Shown piece by piece: positions 38,826-48,200 of a stretch of DNA of 60,004 nucleotides; the stretch's first letter is position 1, and each line of letters starts with the position of its first letter. The notes below the pieces were generated by a model. It worked only from the letters and a program-made list of their open reading frames with translations, did no database searches and was not told the origin of the DNA. The DNA comes from an uncultured Myxococcales bacterium (GTDB lineage: Bacteria; Myxococcota_A; UBA9042), in assembly GCA_903869075.1 (NCBI GenBank), contig CAIPXZ010000765.1, positions 1 through 60,004 of the forward strand. The letters run 5' to 3'. The translations under genes and the position numbers were made by a program.

Positions 38826-39885
38826 GTTTGTCTTTTTTGGCCGGTTCAGCAGCGTCTGGGGCCGCGGCGCGGGGTGCCGGCAGGGCCAGCGCCGGCGCTG
38901 GCAGCGCGGCGTTCGGCACGGCGGCGGGCGGCGCGGGCGGCGGCGCCTCGGTGGCGTCGAGCAGCCGCGCGTCGAGCACGGTCTGCCGCCAATTGCCGTC
39001 CGCGGCAGCAAATTCAAAGGCGATCGGCTTGCCGACGTCATCCGGACTCAGCCGCACTTCAAACGGATGCCAGGCGAAATCGGCCTTGTGCAGCACCAGC
39101 GACCAGACCTCGTGCGTCCCGGCCAGCGCGCGCACCGTCACGTCCGAGCCGACGTCATTGCGCACCGCCCACAGCCGCAGCCCCACGCGCCCCGCCAGCA
39201 CGCGCGCCGGCGCCGGTCGCGGCCAGGTGATGCGCGCGAGGCCATTCGCCGCGCCGGGCTGCACAAGCAGGCCGTTGTGCCGCGAGTTGCCGACCTCGTG
39301 CACGGCGTCAAACACGTCCAGCCACCACTCGCCGCCGCACAGATGCTTGCTGTCGCCGTTCCAGGTACAGCGCTTGAAGGTGCCGTCCGGCTGGCGGCGC
39401 TCGACGATGGCGTCGGCCAAGTGCTTGCGCAAATCGTACGCGGTCCGCGACGCGCCGAGGTCGTACAGCAGCAGCTCCGTGCCGTGATCGAGGTCTTCGG
39501 CGCGCAGCCGCCGCGCCGAAAGCTTGAGCGTGGACGCGCGGTTGTGCGTCGACACGACCCACAGCCGCTTGAAGCCGTCGGCGTCCCACAGATCCGTCGG
39601 GTCGCCGACGATCAGCGCGCTGTCGTACGCCAGCGCGTTCTTGCGGTACGCCTCGGCGAACCGCCATTTTTGGCTGGCCGACCACTCGGGGTGAAAGCCG
39701 ATCGCGTCGCCTTTTTGCACGTCCCGCGTCAGGATCTTCGCGGCGGCCGCCAAGCTGGCGTCATCGGGCGCGACGGCGTGGCGGTTGGTGCGCAGCACGA
39801 GCATCGCGATGGCCGTGGCGAAGATCGCCAGCACGCCCACGAAGGCTGCTGCCAAACTGCCGCGCGAGCCGGGCACGATGGACAT
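38809..39885 (-). CDS. membrane-anchored hypothetical protein with Ala/Pro-rich basic tail
   Basis: 358 aa with N-terminal TM LAAAFVGVLAIFATAIAMLVL. No known motif. C-terminus ...AEPAKKDKRGKRH. Confidence 0.6.
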   Translation of the reverse strand: MSIVPGSRGSLAAAFVGVLAIFATAIAMLVLRTNRHAVAPDDASLAAAAKILTRDVQKGDAIGFHPEWSASQKWRFAEAYRKNALAYDSALIVGDPTDLWDADGFKRLWVVSTHNRASTLKLSARRLRAEDLDHGTELLLYDLGASRTAYDLRKHLADAIVERRQPDGTFKRCTWNGDSKHLCGGEWWLDVFDAVHEVGNSRHNGLLVQPGAANGLARITWPRPAPARVLAGRVGLRLWAVRNDVGSDVTVRALAGTHEVWSLVLHKADFAWHPFEVRLSPDDVGKPIAFEFAAADGNWRQTVLDARLLDATEAPPPAPPAAVPNAALPAPALALPAPRAAAPDAAEPAKKDKRGKRH

Positions 39886-39897
39886 GATGGCCAGGCC

Positions 39898-41214
39898 TCA
39901 GAAATCGTGGTGGACGGTGAGCGCCAAGTGCCACGCGGCGCCTGACACGGACGTTGCCTGAACCGGATCGCCCGGATCGAGCTTAGCAACAGTTCGTCTG
40001 GAAAGCACGGTCGCCGCCAGCGCCAAGTCGACGTGCAGCGGCTTGCGCGCCACCGCCAGCGGATCGCCCATGACCCAGCCCGCGCCAAGGCCCAGCGTCG
40101 TCGCCGGCGCGTCCAGGTAGTTGGCGGCGCCATCCGCGCGCGGCAGCGGCGTCGGTCGGTATTGCGCACCGCCGCGCAGTACGAGCGATTCCAGCACCTG
40201 CCATTCCACGCCCAGCCGCGGCTCCAGGATGTCCTTGGCGCCCATCGCCACCGGCACGTTGTGCACGTCGACAACCTTGTCCGGCGTGGCGCTGCCCTGC
40301 TTGAGCGCGGCGTCATCGATGCTCAGCGTCACATCCGGTGCCAGCGGCGGCATCGCCGAGAACCGCAGCCAGGCCACGCCACCGGTCAGGTTCACCGCGC
40401 CGATGCGGTGCGCCGCCGCCAGCACGATCGTGTCCGGCAGCCAGAGGCCCACGCCCTGGATCTTGAATTTCAGGTTGCCGACGTCCTGCATGTTCACCGC
40501 CAGCGGGATCGCGTAGCTGACCTGCGAGCTCTGCCGCCACACCGCGCTGATCCGCCAATCGGCGTTGGGCTGCAGCGTCATGCCGAGGATCGCGTAGGCC
40601 TTTGTCGCCAGCTCCACGTCCATCGATTTTTGCGTGATGCGGTGGTCCAGCACCGACAGCGCGATGTCCGCCTGGCCGTTCAGCGCCGTCAGCACCTGCG
40701 CGCCCACGCCCAGCGACAGCCACGGCCACGGCCGGTACGCCAGGCCAGCGACGAGCGCCAGACGGTCGCCCAGCGTGTCGTACAGTGGCAGCTGCGGCTG
40801 ACGGTAATCGTGGGCGTCGAGCCGCGTCGGGCCGCCCAGCGGCACATGGATGGCGATGCCCAGCGCCATCTTGTCCTTGAGAATGCCGCCAAACGGCGTC
40901 GAAATCCCAATGTGCGCCAAGTAGTTATCGGCCGGCAGCACGCTCGGATACTGGCTCTGGCCGGCGACGCGCTGGATGTCGAAGCGGTTCCAGATCGCGT
41001 CGGCGCCAAAGCCAAAGTGGATGTGCTGGGCAAACGCGAGGTTGGCCGGGTTGGTATAGGCGGCAAAGTAGTCGTCTTCGGTCGCCTCGGCGGCGCCAGC
41101 CATGGCGATCGAGCGGGCGCCAAAGCCGTACAACTCCAGACTCGTGGCCTCCGCGCGCGCGGGCACCCACGCGAGGGCGACCAGAACGGCCAACAGCCAA
41201 CCGCGGGTCGTCAC
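39898..41214 (-). CDS. outer-membrane transport protein, FadL/OmpP1/TodX-like
   Basis: 438 aa. GTG start overlaps the upstream stop (GTGA). Signal ...WVPARA|EA. LELYGFGARSIAMAGA...NPANLAF. Aromatic C-terminus ...TVHHDF. Confidence 0.8.
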   Translation of the reverse strand: MTTRGWLLAVLVALAWVPARAEATSLELYGFGARSIAMAGAAEATEDDYFAAYTNPANLAFAQHIHFGFGADAIWNRFDIQRVAGQSQYPSVLPADNYLAHIGISTPFGGILKDKMALGIAIHVPLGGPTRLDAHDYRQPQLPLYDTLGDRLALVAGLAYRPWPWLSLGVGAQVLTALNGQADIALSVLDHRITQKSMDVELATKAYAILGMTLQPNADWRISAVWRQSSQVSYAIPLAVNMQDVGNLKFKIQGVGLWLPDTIVLAAAHRIGAVNLTGGVAWLRFSAMPPLAPDVTLSIDDAALKQGSATPDKVVDVHNVPVAMGAKDILEPRLGVEWQVLESLVLRGGAQYRPTPLPRADGAANYLDAPATTLGLGAGWVMGDPLAVARKPLHVDLALAATVLSRRTVAKLDPGDPVQATSVSGAAWHLALTVHHDF

Positions 41215-42089
41215 GCCAGACCGTCCAGAACCAGCGGCAAATCGCGCGGCGTCGCGGCGGCGACGTGCGCCAGCGTGCCAAAATGGAAGCGATCGAGCAG
41301 CATCGCCACCTTGTCCGCTACGCCGTCCAGACCGACGTAATACTTGAAGCGGCGCGCCAGCGGCAGGCGCATCCGCGGCTGGTCCGGGTCCAGCTCACGC
41401 GGGTGCAAGTACAAAACTGCAGGTGTTTTGCGCAGTTCGCAGGTCTGGAACGCGGCTTGCAGCACCGGCTTGGGCAGCAGCCGCAGGTAGCCGCCGCCGG
41501 AGAACGCCAGGTCGCGGTTGCCGACGCGCAGCGGCACCACCGGCACCTCAAGGATCGTCCGGCCATCACCCAGCACGATGTCGAACGGCCGGCTGCGCTC
41601 CAGCGGATAGCCGCCGTGCGCCCGGGTGGTCAGGAACAGCGACGAGTCCAGGCGGATGCCCCGCGACGCGAGGATCGGCAGCGCCCAAGTCTCATTGGGC
41701 CCAAGCGAGAAGCCCGGTGCGCGAAAAGACGTGATTTCACGCTTGGTTGCCCGCTCCAGCGCCGTCAGCGAGTGGTCGAGATCGCGGGCAAAATCGTCGG
41801 GACCGAGGTGCTGCAGCAGCCGGTGCATGTGGCCGTGCGAGCCGACGTCGTGGCCGCGCCGGGCGATCTCGGCGACCAACTCCGGCGCGACTTCCGCGAT
41901 CCAGCCGAGGACGAAGAACGTCGCCTTGACGCCGCGCACGTCCAGCGCGTCCAGCATCCGCTGCGTGCCGATGTGCACCCGCCGTTCCTGCCGCCGCCAC
42001 GCCGCCGGGTCGGGCGCGCGGTCGTACTCGAGGATGTGGAACCAGTCCTCGACGTCGATGCTCCAGCCGTGAAGAACGGGACTGCCCAT
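41211..42089 (-). CDS. polysaccharide deacetylase family protein (DUF3473-type, as seen in exosortase/EPS loci)
   Basis: 292 aa from ATG 42089. SIDVEDWFH, FFVLGW, HDVGSHGHMH, and a DUF3473-like C-terminal half. Confidence 0.88.
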   Translation of the reverse strand: MGSPVLHGWSIDVEDWFHILEYDRAPDPAAWRRQERRVHIGTQRMLDALDVRGVKATFFVLGWIAEVAPELVAEIARRGHDVGSHGHMHRLLQHLGPDDFARDLDHSLTALERATKREITSFRAPGFSLGPNETWALPILASRGIRLDSSLFLTTRAHGGYPLERSRPFDIVLGDGRTILEVPVVPLRVGNRDLAFSGGGYLRLLPKPVLQAAFQTCELRKTPAVLYLHPRELDPDQPRMRLPLARRFKYYVGLDGVADKVAMLLDRFHFGTLAHVAAATPRDLPLVLDGLA

Positions 42090-42095
42090 GCCGGG

Positions 42096-42124
42096 AGTGT
42101 CGGATCTGCGGGCTTTTCGCGCAA
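42096..42124 (-). promoter_or_regulatory. promoter candidate (TTGCGC-17 nt-GACACT) just upstream of the deacetylase ATG
   Basis: On the minus strand: TTGCGC (42119..42124), a 17-nt spacer, then GACACT (42096..42101). Only 6 nt lie between the -10 and the ATG, which would be leaderless-like. Confidence 0.3.
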
Positions 42125-42260
42125 GCGATCCACGCCGGCCGAATTTCGAGATCCGGCCGTTTTCATCCGCGGCGCCACCGAAGGTGGTCGCTCGTGGATC
42201 CAGTCCGAAATGCAACAGGTCTGACCGGCAGAAGTGGGCGCCGGACAGCGGTCAGCAGGC

Positions 42261-43469
42261 TTACTTGACCGCGTGGATCTTCACCGTCTCGCGCAGCTCC
42301 GTCTGGCCGATGACCGGCAGGCGGATCTCGATGGTCAAGCCGCCGCCTGGCCGCGCGAACGCCGCGACCGTGCCGTTGTGCGCCTCGACCGTGCGCTTGA
42401 CGAGGAACAGCCCCAAGCCGCTGCCGACGGCGATGCGCGCCCGCGCGCTGGGGCTGCGGTAGAAGGCCTCGAAGACGCGCGTGCACTCGTCGGGCGTCAG
42501 GCCGGGGCCGCGGTCCATGACGCGGATGACAGCGCCCGCCGGCTCGCGGTTCGTCTCGATCTGCAGCGACGGCGGGCATGGCTGGCCGTTGAGCGCCGTG
42601 TCGTGGGCGGCGTAGCGGATCACGTTCTCGATGAGCGTCGAGACCACGCGGTCCAGCGCGTTGGCGTCGCCGGAAACAACCGAGCCGAGGCTGTCCAGCG
42701 TCAGCTCAAACTGGAAACCCAGCCGCTCCAGCCGATGCCGCTCGCGCCGCAGCACCGTCTGCACCAGCGCGTCGATCGCCACCTCGCCGCGGTGCAGCAG
42801 CACCCGGTCGATGCCCACGCGCTGCGCTTCCAGCAGCCGGCCGATGTGATCCTCCAGCAGCCGCACTTCCTCGTGCAGCTCCTGCAGCAGCTCCTCGCCT
42901 TCGTTGCGGCGACGGTCCTTGCCCTGTGGTGCCAGCGCGCGCTCGCGTTCCAGCTCGATGCGGATCAGCTCGAGCGCCACCTCGATGCGCGCCAACGGCG
43001 AGCGCAGCTCGTGGGAAATTCCCGACAGCAGGTCCTTTTGCGCCTGCAGCATCCGGGCGATGCGCTCCGCCATCGCGTTCAGGCTCTGGCCCAGCGCGCC
43101 CAGATCGTCCATTGGCTCAATCGGCGCGCGCACGGACAGGTCCCCGAGGCCAATTTCCAGCGCCGCCTCGCGCAGCACGCGTGCCCGCTCGCGCAGGCGC
43201 TGGGTCAGCGTGAGCGCGATCGCCAGCAGGATCGCGGTGCCGATGCTCGCGGCAAACAGCGCCGCCAGCGCCGTACCGGCCAGCGACATCCGGCTCTGCC
43301 AGACGCTGACCGCCGCCGCACCCAACGCGCTCAAGGTGGCGATGGCCATGGCGACGGCAAAAATCTCGCCGCGCACAAGCCCCAACGGCGGCAGCGTCGG
43401 CCGCGCTGCTGGCTGCGCCAACGGCGTCATGCGCGCCGGCTGAATGCTCGCGTGCGGCTGGTCCTGCAT
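42261..43469 (-). CDS. sensor histidine kinase (TM-HAMP-HisKA-HATPase)
   Basis: 402 aa. H-box SHELRSPL, N-box ENVIRYA, G-boxes DRGPGL and GSGLGL. Two N-terminal TM helices with a short loop. Confidence 0.9.
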   Translation of the reverse strand: MQDQPHASIQPARMTPLAQPAARPTLPPLGLVRGEIFAVAMAIATLSALGAAAVSVWQSRMSLAGTALAALFAASIGTAILLAIALTLTQRLRERARVLREAALEIGLGDLSVRAPIEPMDDLGALGQSLNAMAERIARMLQAQKDLLSGISHELRSPLARIEVALELIRIELERERALAPQGKDRRRNEGEELLQELHEEVRLLEDHIGRLLEAQRVGIDRVLLHRGEVAIDALVQTVLRRERHRLERLGFQFELTLDSLGSVVSGDANALDRVVSTLIENVIRYAAHDTALNGQPCPPSLQIETNREPAGAVIRVMDRGPGLTPDECTRVFEAFYRSPSARARIAVGSGLGLFLVKRTVEAHNGTVAAFARPGGGLTIEIRLPVIGQTELRETVKIHAVK

Positions 43470-43484
43470 GCGCTGGGTCGGCCG

Positions 43485-44201
43485 CTATCCCGCCGCAGTC
43501 GGCTTGGCGCCGTCCGCCGCGAGCATGTAGCCCGTGCCCCAGATCGTCTTGATGTAGCGCGGCTGGCGCGAATCCGCCTCGATCTTGGCGCGCAGGTTCT
43601 TGACGTGCACATCGATCGAGCGGTCGTACGCCGCGTAGCCAACGCCGCGCAGCATATCCATCAGCGCGTCGCGGCTCAGCACCTGGCCGGGGTGACGCAA
43701 AAAGCAGCGCAGCAGGTCGAACTCCGTCGTCGTCAGCTGCACAACCGTGCCATCCGCCGAGACCTCGCGGCGCGCAGTGTCCATGATCAAGTCGCCGACG
43801 CGCAGCGTCTCCGTCACCGGCGCCGGCGCGCCACCGTCCGCGCGACGCAGCACCGCGCGGATGCGCGCCACAAGCTCGCGCGGGTTGAACGGCTTGGACA
43901 GGTAGTCGTCCGCGCCCAGCTCCAGCCCGACGATGCGGTCGCTGTCGCTGCCCTTCGCCGTCAGCATGATGACCGGCACCTTGGACGACGAGCGGATGCG
44001 CCGCAGCACCTCGAAGCCATCCATGCCCGGCAGCATCACGTCCAGCACCAGCAGGTCAAAAACTTCCGACGTCGCGCGGCGCACGCCCTGCAGGCCGTCG
44101 GTAACCAGCGTCACCTGGAAGCCCTCGGGCTTGAGCAGGCGCTCCAGCAGCGCGCCCAGGCGCACGTCATCGTCGATAATCAACAGGCGACCCATGTTCA
44201 C
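43485..44201 (-). CDS. OmpR-family response regulator
   Basis: 238 aa. LLIIDDD...DLLVLDVMLPGMDG...MLTAKG. Winged-helix end YIKTIWGTGY. Confidence 0.93.
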   Translation of the reverse strand: MNMGRLLIIDDDVRLGALLERLLKPEGFQVTLVTDGLQGVRRATSEVFDLLVLDVMLPGMDGFEVLRRIRSSSKVPVIMLTAKGSDSDRIVGLELGADDYLSKPFNPRELVARIRAVLRRADGGAPAPVTETLRVGDLIMDTARREVSADGTVVQLTTTEFDLLRCFLRHPGQVLSRDALMDMLRGVGYAAYDRSIDVHVKNLRAKIEADSRQPRYIKTIWGTGYMLAADGAKPTAAG

Positions 44202-44225
44202 TCCAGTACCGCGGGGGGTGTCCAG

Positions 44226-45182
44226 CTAGGGCGCTGGCTGCGGTTGTTTCGCGTCCAGCTGCAACTTCTGGGCGTTTGGCCCAGTCCACGCGGGCTTGGC
44301 GACCGGCTCCATCGCCAGCGCATCACCGGTCGACGCCAGAGCCTTTTCCGGCCCCCGCACCGCCAGCACCTGATACGCGATTTGGTGACCCTGATTCCAC
44401 GTGGCAAAGCCGACGTCGGTCAATTCATTGAGCTTTACGCCGTTCTTGGCGATGTCCTTGCCCGCGTCGATGTCCGCCAGCAGCGTGTCGATGTCGACCT
44501 GCCGGGCGTGGATCTGCTCGTCGTTGGTGTACTCCGGCGCCGGCGCAACGTAGCCGGCGATCTCCGGCTTGTCGGCGTTGAGCTTTTGACTCTCCAGCCG
44601 CCGCTGCACGCGCCCGGCCGACCACGCAAACAGCGCGCGTTCCTGGCCAGTCGTCGCCAGCGCCGCCGCAACGAGCTTCGCGATGTCCGCCTCGCCGCCA
44701 CACAAGCCCAGCGCGACGATCGCCCGCAGCCGCAGCAGGTCATCACCCGACTGGGTCAGCGGCCACAGCGCCGCCGCCGCCGCCGGCTTGCCGGTGCGAC
44801 CCAGCCCAGCCAGCGCCGTCAGCCGCACGCCGATGTCGCCGTCCTTCAGCGCGTCGGCGAGCGTCGGCACCACCCGCGGATCGTCGATGCCGGACAGCAA
44901 TTCCAAGGACTTGGAGCGCTCTGACGGCGAGTTGCTGGCCATGTCGCCCACGAGCGTCGGCACGGCTTCCGCGCCCAGGTGCGCGATGCGCGTGGACGTC
45001 ATGCCGACCTGGCCAACGGGATCGTGGAAGCGCTTTTGCAGCAGCCGCGGGTTCTCGACGAATTTCTCAAAGAAAATCGAGGACGCCCACACGAGCACCG
45101 CGACGATGCCGAGGCCGATGGCGTACAGCCCCAACTTGCCCCAGGCCTTGGGATTGAAGCTACGATCACTGAGGGCAGGCAT
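44226..45182 (-). CDS. membrane-anchored HEAT-repeat protein
   Basis: 318 aa with TM LGLYAIGLGIVAVLVWASSIFF. HEAT-like units (AVPTLVGDM...; DPRVVPTLADALKDGDIGVRLTALAGL; LRLRAIVALG). Confidence 0.7.
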   Translation of the reverse strand: MPALSDRSFNPKAWGKLGLYAIGLGIVAVLVWASSIFFEKFVENPRLLQKRFHDPVGQVGMTSTRIAHLGAEAVPTLVGDMASNSPSERSKSLELLSGIDDPRVVPTLADALKDGDIGVRLTALAGLGRTGKPAAAAALWPLTQSGDDLLRLRAIVALGLCGGEADIAKLVAAALATTGQERALFAWSAGRVQRRLESQKLNADKPEIAGYVAPAPEYTNDEQIHARQVDIDTLLADIDAGKDIAKNGVKLNELTDVGFATWNQGHQIAYQVLAVRGPEKALASTGDALAMEPVAKPAWTGPNAQKLQLDAKQPQPAP

Positions 45183-45256
45183 ACGGACGCCTCATGGCAA
45201 CAGCCGCGCGCGGGACGAACCGCCGCGGACACGGCTTGTGCACGCTGCTCGAACGA

Positions 45257-48200
45257 TCAGGGCGCGCACGGCTCGGTGACCTGGATGTCGTCGAGGAAGA
45301 CGCCCTCGTACTTGTCGTTCAGCGTGCAATCGCCCGTGTCGAAGTGGAATTCCACAATGATATTCAGGCCCTGCCACTTGGTCAGCGGCAGCACGATGTT
45401 CTGCTTGGATTTGAACTGCGTCGGCTTGAGGCCGGTCGTCGGGTCCGTGGCGTCCCAGATCATTTGCGACTGCGCGCCGTTCTTGATGATCACCTGGAAG
45501 TGCTCCGTCTGGAACGTGCCGACCGGCTGCTCGATGTCGGCGTAGATCGCGAACTGCAACTGCGCGCTTTGCTTGGGATTCGTGCCGATCTTCAGCACCT
45601 GCGTGTACAGGTCCGAAGTGACGGCGCCACAGCTGCCCGCCGGCGTCGTCGGGTCGTCGTAGTTCCACTTCGCCGGGTTGCCGAAGTAGGCCTCGTACTT
45701 GCCGTTCATGTACTTGTGCGGAATCGCGCTCCACGACGTCAGGATGCCCGGCGTCGCCGAGCCCGTCAGCGAACCCAGCGTCGCGTTCTCGAACGTCACC
45801 GCCGGCAACGGCGAGGTCGGCTGGCAGCAGCCCGGACCGGCCTTGAAGCCGGTGCCGCAGCTGAAGGTCTTGGCAGTCTCGTCCAACGCGCAGGCGTAGC
45901 TCTTGCACGGATCCGGCGTGGCGGGCGTGCAGTCGGCATCCGCGACGCACACGGGCGCGGCGCAAGTAGTCCACATGCTGATGGCGTCGATGTACGGGCC
46001 GATGTGGTTGTTGTTTTTCGGGTTGCCCGCGTCGAATTCCCAGACGAGCTGCACGGTCTTGCCGGCGACGGCGGCGGGCGCCTTGACCGAGATCGGCATC
46101 CACTGGCCGTTGGTCGTGCCGCCGATGTCGTACGAGCTCCACGCCCAGGTGATGTTGGTCGGATCGGTCGGGTCGACAAAGCCAAAGCGCAGGCGGTCGA
46201 CGGCGAAGACCGTGCCGTTGTACTGCGGCACAGCGAATACGGCCGGCGCGTCCCACTCGGTCGACAGGTTCAGGTGGAACGTGACGATGGTTGTGCCGTT
46301 GACGGGCACGGCGACCGGCGCGCTGTTGACCAAGCCGTACGGCACTTTCTGCGAGCCGGCGTCGTAGTTGCCCAGCGTGCTGCCGAAGTACAGCGAGTAC
46401 AGGTCCGGGCTGGTGCCGTAGAAATTGTCCTGCGAAATGTGCCACTTGAGCGTCGTGTCGTACGGGTCGCCGGTGGGCGACGCGGCGGCGGTCGCGAACG
46501 ACGTGGCCCAGCCCGTCGGCAGCGCGGTGCCGCCGGTCTTCTCAAACGACTCGCTGGGGATCTGCGACTTCTCCGTGCAGCAGCCCGCGGTCAGCACGCT
46601 GTCGCACTTGCCCTGGACGCAGGTGTCGACGGTGCAGCTGTCCTTGTCGTCGCAGTCGGTGTCGACGACGCAGATGCCGGACGGCTGGCAGCTGCAGATA
46701 CCGGCGCCGGTCGTCGGATCGCATTTGCCCTTTTCAACCGTGGGCTTGCACTTGCTGTCGCAGTCGCTGTCGACGGCGCACACGGTATCCTGGCAGGTGA
46801 TGTCCATCGAGAAGTCGTCGATGTTCGGACCGGCAAAGGCGTTGCCGCTCGGATCGCCGGCGTCGAACGTGAAGCAAACGCGGCCTTTCTTGCCGGCGAA
46901 CTGGTCGAGGTGCAGCTTGACGGTCTGGTAGTTGCCGTCGTTGCAGCCCTTGATCAGGTCGCTGGACCACAGCGGCGTCTTGATGTTGCCGACGACCTGC
47001 GTGCACTCGGTGGCGCCGCAGTATTGGCCGCCGGTCAGGAAGGTGACGGTCAGCTTGTCCAGCGGCGAGTTCAGCGCGCAGACGCCCAGCACCTTGTTGC
47101 AGCTCTCGCCCGCCGTCTTGCAGTCGGCGTCCGCCGTGCACGGCGCCTGCGAGCCCGGCGGGTTGTTGTACGTGGTCTGGCCGCACCACTCGGTGATCAG
47201 GCTGACGCTGAACTTCACAACGTCGTACAGCGTGCCCGACTGCAGCTGGATCTCCGGCGAGCAAATCGTGCCCTTGGGACCCTGCGTCGTCAGCTTGGGA
47301 TCGGCGTAGCTCTGGAACGTGCTGTCGCTGAAAACGAGCGACTTGCTGCCGGTGGTGCCGCCGGTCGGGTTGACCTTCCAGCCCACGGTCGTCGAGTTGC
47401 TGCCGACGTTCTTCCACGCCGAGATGCCGTTCTCGTAGCCGTCGGCGTAGAGGTTGGACGGCAAGCAGCACTGCGACTGCGACGCGTCCGGCACGTTGCT
47501 GCACAAGCCGGTGGCGGCGGCGCCGACAATCGCGCAACTGTCGATGGTGCAGGTGTTGTTGTCCTGGCAGTCCGCCACGCCGGCGCAGCAGCCCGGCGTC
47601 AGGTCGCCAAAGCAGATGCCCTTGTCGGTGACGTTGTCGTAGAACGTGCAGTCCGTCTGCGCGCAGGCGTTGCCGGTGGTGTTGGTGCACGCGGTTTTCG
47701 TGTCGCAGCCGCTGTTGTCGGTGGCGCAGAGCGTCTCGACTTCGATGTCGTCCAGGTACAGGCCCTCGTACTCGGTCGTGCCGGCTTTGCCGACAAATTG
47801 CCAGGTCACGGTCACCGAGTCACCGAAGCCGGCGAGGTTGATGACGCGGTGCTCCCACTTGCCGCCCGTGGACTTGTCGATCTTGACCGACGACCACACC
47901 GGCGTCGCGCCACTGGCGCCGTTGACGCTGACGGTCAGGACGTCGGTTTCCGTCATGCACGCGTCCTTGGCGCCGCCTCCAAAGTTCACGCAGACCTGGT
48001 CGATCGCGCAGGACGTGCAGGTGGTGCCGGCGTTGCCCGGGTTGAGCTTGACGAACGCCGGGCTGGCGTCCAGCCACAGCCAGTAGTGCAGCACGGTCGG
48101 CTTGGGCGCGCCGGTCGCCTTGTCCTTGGGGATGACGATTTCGGTCGACGTCAGCTTGCCGGTGACCTTCGCGGCGCCGCCGGTGGACTGGCAGGACGTC

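Noticed and set aside
42136-42163. GC-rich hairpin (CGGCCG, 12-nt loop, CGGCCG) followed by TTTT between the histidine kinase and deacetylase genes, as a terminator
   Set aside because: The T-run follows the stem only on the plus strand, antisense to every gene in this region. On the coding (minus) strand it reads A-run then hairpin, so it is not a canonical terminator for the operon.
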